Shown here: positions 27,069 through 30,597 of the stretch, piece by piece
How the letters are laid out: each line of letters opens with the position of its first letter
Numbering within the stretch: the stretch's first letter is position 1
Source: a virus
Lineage: Duplodnaviria; Caudoviricetes
Length of the DNA: 30,597 nt
IMG/VR virus record: IMGVR_UViG_3300020471_000032
Location: 1 to 30,597 of that record
Strand: one strand, 5' to 3'
Notes under the pieces: model-generated
What the model saw: only the letters and a program-made list of their open reading frames with translations
Told to the model about the DNA's origin: nothing
Database searches by the model: none
Program-made: the position numbers and the translations under genes

Positions 27069-27578
27069 TCATAGCTCCTTAGAGAACATAATATCTTGTA
27101 CACCATATTTTAATCTCGGTAACATTGCAGCTAAAGTGGTGTTTTCTTTTGCGTGCCATAACATAAGTTTGCATCCGAGCGATGTTGCGTGCTTCTCTGT
27201 TTCTTTTATCAACTTTAAACCAACTCTGCCACCCCTATGCTCTTTGCTAATAAACAACAAATCGTTTTGGGCTAACTTAAGATCGGCATAATGTAAATGG
27301 TTAGATACAAAGTTAACAGAATAGCCAATTAGGACGTCATTCTGCCTAGCTGACAAAATAAAAATACTACCCATTTCTTCCGATTTGCGGTAGGTTATTT
27401 CGTCTGGTTTTAGCACCATAACGTGTTTGTTTCGGGCAATCTCTTCGTAATGCTCGTCAAACAATGTTTGGGCCTCTGCCAACATTTCGTCAACTGTGGC
27501 AAGTTTGATTTCCGTTTTGGATATCCTACTTTTGTCTACAGTAGCTGTACTATCTGGAATTACGGTCACACTCGTCAT
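27069..27578 (-). CDS. GNAT-family acetyltransferase
   Basis: LIGY..LFISKEHRGGRVGLKLIKETEKHA..GC..LKY acetyl-CoA binding motif A. Confidence 0.85.
   Translation of the reverse strand: MTSVTVIPDSTATVDKSRISKTEIKLATVDEMLAEAQTLFDEHYEEIARNKHVMVLKPDEITYRKSEEMGSIFILSARQNDVLIGYSVNFVSNHLHYADLKLAQNDLLFISKEHRGGRVGLKLIKETEKHATSLGCKLMLWHAKENTTLAAMLPRLKYGVQDIMFSKEL
27538..27571 (-). promoter_or_regulatory. Putative phage late promoter (copy inside the 5' end of the GNAT ORF, upstream of the portal)
   Basis: GTGTGACCGTAA-N16-TACTGT. Confidence 0.6.
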
Positions 27579-28135
27579 AAAGAATTCTTAGGTACACAAT
27601 CAAATATTATATGCACTCTGTCTGTCATGCCAACATTGTGTGCTGTGTGTAGCTCTTTATGGTTAAACCACCAAACCTCGCCTACCTCAAACTTTTGTTC
27701 CTGATCTCCGCATGTTTGGCTGCACCATTGGTTAGATTTAAGTACAAGATGAAACCTTTTATAATGATCTGCATACGTTCCTTGATCATTGTGTTTAGTT
27801 ACATGGCCACTAGGTTTTAAATTAACAATAATTACCCTTCCCATGTCTTCTACGTCTAGTTGTTCTAATATTGGCTGCATCAATGGCACTAATGCAGGTT
27901 TTAAATACTCCATACATGGATAATCGTATGATCCTGTATCCCACATGACATAGTATTGGCTCATTTTTAGTGGCCCTCTAACGTATATACATTCGGTATC
28001 TTTATGTGGTGATTGCGTTACTTTTTGCCTTGCTGTTATCTCTGTCCATAATTCTGGTTTATCGTCTAACAATTTTAGTAATGGGTCTACATCTAAACCT
28101 GTAGCTATGCGTTTAAAGTACTTTGTATGGGTCAT
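27575..28135 (-). CDS. Aspartyl/asparaginyl beta-hydroxylase-like 2OG-Fe(II) dioxygenase
   Basis: LKPSGHVTKHND..RFHLVL..GEVWWFNHKELHTAHN..DRVHIIFD: HxD...H triad plus conserved Arg. Confidence 0.85.
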   Translation of the reverse strand: MTHTKYFKRIATGLDVDPLLKLLDDKPELWTEITARQKVTQSPHKDTECIYVRGPLKMSQYYVMWDTGSYDYPCMEYLKPALVPLMQPILEQLDVEDMGRVIIVNLKPSGHVTKHNDQGTYADHYKRFHLVLKSNQWCSQTCGDQEQKFEVGEVWWFNHKELHTAHNVGMTDRVHIIFDCVPKNSL

Positions 28136-29447
28136 AATCCGTCTTCTGTGTCGATGCTTTACGTCTTTTGATGTATATGTCCTCTGGTACTTTCTTGGCT
28201 ACTGGAAGGGCAAAGGTCAATGCTAGTGCATCAGCTAAATCTGGCGACCCTGCACCCTGCAATCTTTTTTTTATCTGATCCTTACTTTCCAATACACGCC
28301 TACCTACATTGTCAAACCAATATATCGGTGTTGCTAACTCTTGTTTTAGGGCTATGTCGTTTGGTATTGCACCTCCTTCTTCTATCCATTGCTTCATTAG
28401 CCACCACATCTCACTTCTACGGTTGATGTACTGCTCTGGTTTCATTGCCTTGCCACCAAACGGTATTTCGATTACGTCATAATCCAACTGCCTGAGTCTG
28501 TCGATTACTCCACTACCTGCACCTGCATCACAAAACACTGCATCTGGGTCATGCTCTTCTATCAAGTTGGCTACTCTGGCTGCTAGTTCCATGTTGTCTA
28601 TACCTCGATATATAACTGGCTTAAATGCTTGCCTACCTTGCCTACGAAACACTACAGATCGGTCATCACCAAACCTTGCAGGGTCAATACCAAAAACTAT
28701 TGGTGACAGCCTGACATGATCACGTTGGTATGTCCTCTTTGCTGCATCCTCTGTGTCTGCCAATGCGATTAGCTGGTCATCTCCTTGGGCTGAGAAATCA
28801 CAAAGGTACTCTCTTGCAAAACTAGTCTCACTCATATCACGTTGCAACCTTTTTACCTCGTTAGGATGCAAGCTATCTGTGTCGTAAACAGTATACCTAG
28901 CTGCTGCCCAATCGTCCTCCTCTATGGCCTTGTAATACAACTCAGAGAACAAGTTAATGCCACTAGGTGTACCGATGAATATTGACCAACCAAGACGGTC
29001 AGAGAGAGCCGGCTGCACTATGTCTGTCCACAATTCATTTTTCAACTGAGACACTTCATCCAAAACGCAACCATCAAGTCGTAATCCTCTCATCGCATCT
29101 GGATTATCGCCCCCAAACAATCTAATGATCGCTCCATTATGTTTAAACCTGACCGATAGTTCACCCTCGTTGATGTCGATTACAGAGGTTCTACGCAATG
29201 GTTCTATCTTCTGTTTTAATCTTGCCCATGCAATCGCTTTTGCCTGTCTCAGGAACGGTGCAACATAGACAAACATAGCTAGTTCCTTGTCTGTCTTCAT
29301 GGCCTTATCAATTAGCTCCATGATGGCCAACTCAGTCTTACCTGACCTGCGATGCAATGCGTAAACGCTAAACCTTTGTTTCTTTATATGGCATTCTCTC
29401 TGCCAAGTTCTAGGTGTGTAATCTAGTTTGATCAACGGTTGTCTCAC
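28113..29447 (-). CDS. terL: Terminase large subunit
   Basis: Walker A HRRSGKT, Walker B CVLDE, coupling motif IGTP, RNase H-like nuclease GIDPARFGDD..SPDLADALALTF. Confidence 0.95.
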   Translation of the reverse strand: MRQPLIKLDYTPRTWQRECHIKKQRFSVYALHRRSGKTELAIMELIDKAMKTDKELAMFVYVAPFLRQAKAIAWARLKQKIEPLRRTSVIDINEGELSVRFKHNGAIIRLFGGDNPDAMRGLRLDGCVLDEVSQLKNELWTDIVQPALSDRLGWSIFIGTPSGINLFSELYYKAIEEDDWAAARYTVYDTDSLHPNEVKRLQRDMSETSFAREYLCDFSAQGDDQLIALADTEDAAKRTYQRDHVRLSPIVFGIDPARFGDDRSVVFRRQGRQAFKPVIYRGIDNMELAARVANLIEEHDPDAVFCDAGAGSGVIDRLRQLDYDVIEIPFGGKAMKPEQYINRRSEMWWLMKQWIEEGGAIPNDIALKQELATPIYWFDNVGRRVLESKDQIKKRLQGAGSPDLADALALTFALPVAKKVPEDIYIKRRKASTQKTDYDPYKVL

Positions 29448-29905
29448 ACTTGTGGAACGCCTGTTGAAATAGTCAGGTTAATATCTCCTTTTGCTTCTAC
29501 CCCTACACGATCTCCATAGCGTTGCGGAAACCACTTGGATAATAGTTTCAATGCAACATCACTTTTGGCCTTCTGGAGAGCCACCCACGCAGGGTCTATA
29601 CGAGGATTATCTCCTTCTATCATCTCTGGCTGTTCATTCATTATCTCCATAATAGAATCTGCAATCATGTCTGATCCAACCTCACGCGCGCGCACGAAGC
29701 GTTCAGTAAATTCCTTATCTTTATTCAACCAATTGTAAATAGTAGTAAAAGCAGGTTTACCTTTTTGTCTGCAATAAGCACGCAAAGTATTACCAGAAGA
29801 AATCCAAAACAAAACTTCTTCCATAATTTTCAAATCAGGTTTAGCTATTGGCCTACCTAACTTGGATTGTTTTGTAACGAGTTGCGTAGCTGACTCTTTT
29901 TTCAT
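29444..29905 (-). CDS. terS: Terminase small subunit (Sf6 gp1-like)
   Basis: HTH GNTLRAYC..PAFTTIYNWL..EF.ERF.RARE..LLSKWFPQRYGD; overlaps the terL start. Confidence 0.88.
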   Translation of the reverse strand: MKKESATQLVTKQSKLGRPIAKPDLKIMEEVLFWISSGNTLRAYCRQKGKPAFTTIYNWLNKDKEFTERFVRAREVGSDMIADSIMEIMNEQPEMIEGDNPRIDPAWVALQKAKSDVALKLLSKWFPQRYGDRVGVEAKGDINLTISTGVPQV

Positions 29906-30119
29906 AACGGCAAATTTGAGCTATGTAACCACGAGAAATACCAAACATTATAGAAAGGCAACCATAACCAATACCATAATCTTCGTGCAGTTCTCGCAAT
30001 GCATCTACAATCACCTGTGTAATGCGACCATTGTAATTATGGTGATCTTCATTACAGCGATGACCAGAATCTGTAACACCAACAACAATAGTTTTTGGCC
30101 TAAGTGCTGCTAGTGTCAT
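29853..30119 (-). CDS. Small HTH DNA-binding protein
   Basis: EDHHN..ITQVIVDALRELHE..GYGCLSIMFGISRGYIAQICRY: HTH resembling the DNA-binding tail of HNH homing endonucleases, without a nuclease domain. Confidence 0.7.
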   Translation of the reverse strand: MTLAALRPKTIVVGVTDSGHRCNEDHHNYNGRITQVIVDALRELHEDYGIGYGCLSIMFGISRGYIAQICRYEKRVSYATRYKTIQVR

Positions 30120-30142
30120 AAAAAATAAATAAAATTATTCAT

Positions 30143-30171
30143 AATATAGAGAAATGTAGAGAAAATCGCAA
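30143..30171 (-). promoter_or_regulatory. sigma70-like promoter for the HTH-terS-terL operon
   Basis: TTGCGA-N17-TATATT, 23 nt upstream of ATG 30119. Confidence 0.55.
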
Positions 30172-30188
30172 TATCTAAAATTAATTTG

Positions 30189-30219
30189 TTGACAGGTGTT
30201 GGGATAAATGCAATACTAT
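30189..30219 (+). promoter_or_regulatory. sigma70 early promoter
   Basis: Perfect TTGACA, then N17-AATACT with extended TG (or N19-TACTAT), upstream of ORF 30248. Confidence 0.65.
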
Positions 30220-30247
30220 AAGAGTACATTACTAATTTCTATTAACA

Positions 30248-30547
30248 ATGATTACTGAAACTTTCACACCTGACGAAATCAAAGACCAAGCACAGCTATG
30301 GTTTGACACATATGCAGGTACTTATGCAAGATTGCTCAAGCGTACTAAAGCAGAAGCAAATAGAGCATTTGTTGTATTCTGCGATTTAATGCTTGGAGTT
30401 GACTACAGAGATGTCAAAGGCCAAAACAAAAAAGTTTTTATTGAATCTTTTATGAACAGCAATCAAATGACTCGTGTCTCTCATAAGAGCGTAGTTGATG
30501 GTTCTGTTGAATACAGAGAATTAGTTGACGCATACTTGGGTGAATAA
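30248..30547 (+). CDS. Hypothetical protein, probable first early gene
   Basis: 99-aa ORF divergent from the late module, with a promoter upstream and a hairpin at its end. Confidence 0.75.
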   Translation: MITETFTPDEIKDQAQLWFDTYAGTYARLLKRTKAEANRAFVVFCDLMLGVDYRDVKGQNKKVFIESFMNSNQMTRVSHKSVVDGSVEYRELVDAYLGE

Positions 30548-30564
30548 TTTCACCCATTTTTTTT
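30537..30564 (+). terminator. Intrinsic terminator overlapping the stop of ORF 30248
   Basis: TGGGTGAA-TAAT-TTCACCCA perfect 8-bp stem followed by T8. Confidence 0.7.
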
Positions 30565-30597
30565 ATCCAATTTTTTATTAACCAGACCAATGACAAC

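Noticed and set aside
27068-27106. Track start (27106) of the pre-portal gene
   Set aside because: Overlaps the GNAT gene; ATG 27067 has a well-spaced AAGGAG and a more typical N-terminus.
1-30597. tRNA, rRNA, integrase, IS elements, introns or inteins
   Set aside because: No intergenic space or motifs support them; terL, portal and capsid are of normal length and uninterrupted.

Overview
A 30.6-kb segment of an AT-rich tailed dsDNA phage with a podovirus-type structural module resembling Bordetella phage BPP-1 and Salmonella phage epsilon15. Several accessory genes resemble those of marine cyanophages, so a Prochlorococcus-like host is inferred but not proven. Almost the whole late module is on the minus strand, in this order: HTH protein, terS, terL, Asp/Asn beta-hydroxylase-like 2OG oxygenase, GNAT, small virion protein, portal, epsilon15 gp10-like protein, two small ORFs missing from the ORF track, Bbp19-like protein, scaffold, major capsid, Bbp16-like cement protein, tail adaptor and nozzle, three internal/ejection proteins (the last a 2819-aa polyvalent protein), two tail fibres and a gp38-like polyglycine adhesin. 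A divergent sigma70-type promoter at the right end starts a probable early region. Main observations: (1) a 133-codon acidic ORF with its own Shine-Dalgarno, overprinted in the +1 frame across the second ADP-ribosyltransferase-like domain of the giant ejection protein, with a matching codon and GC shift, a candidate nested immunity gene; (2) a four-copy promoter-like motif, GTGT(G/A)ACCGTAA-N16-TAnnnT; (3) a shared near-C-terminal A-x-x-(L/M/I)-Y-(P/G/S) motif in the scaffold and several neighbouring proteins; (4) a cupredoxin-like domain with a full type-1 copper ligand set inside a tail fibre. All family calls come from motif recognition by eye, not database searches.
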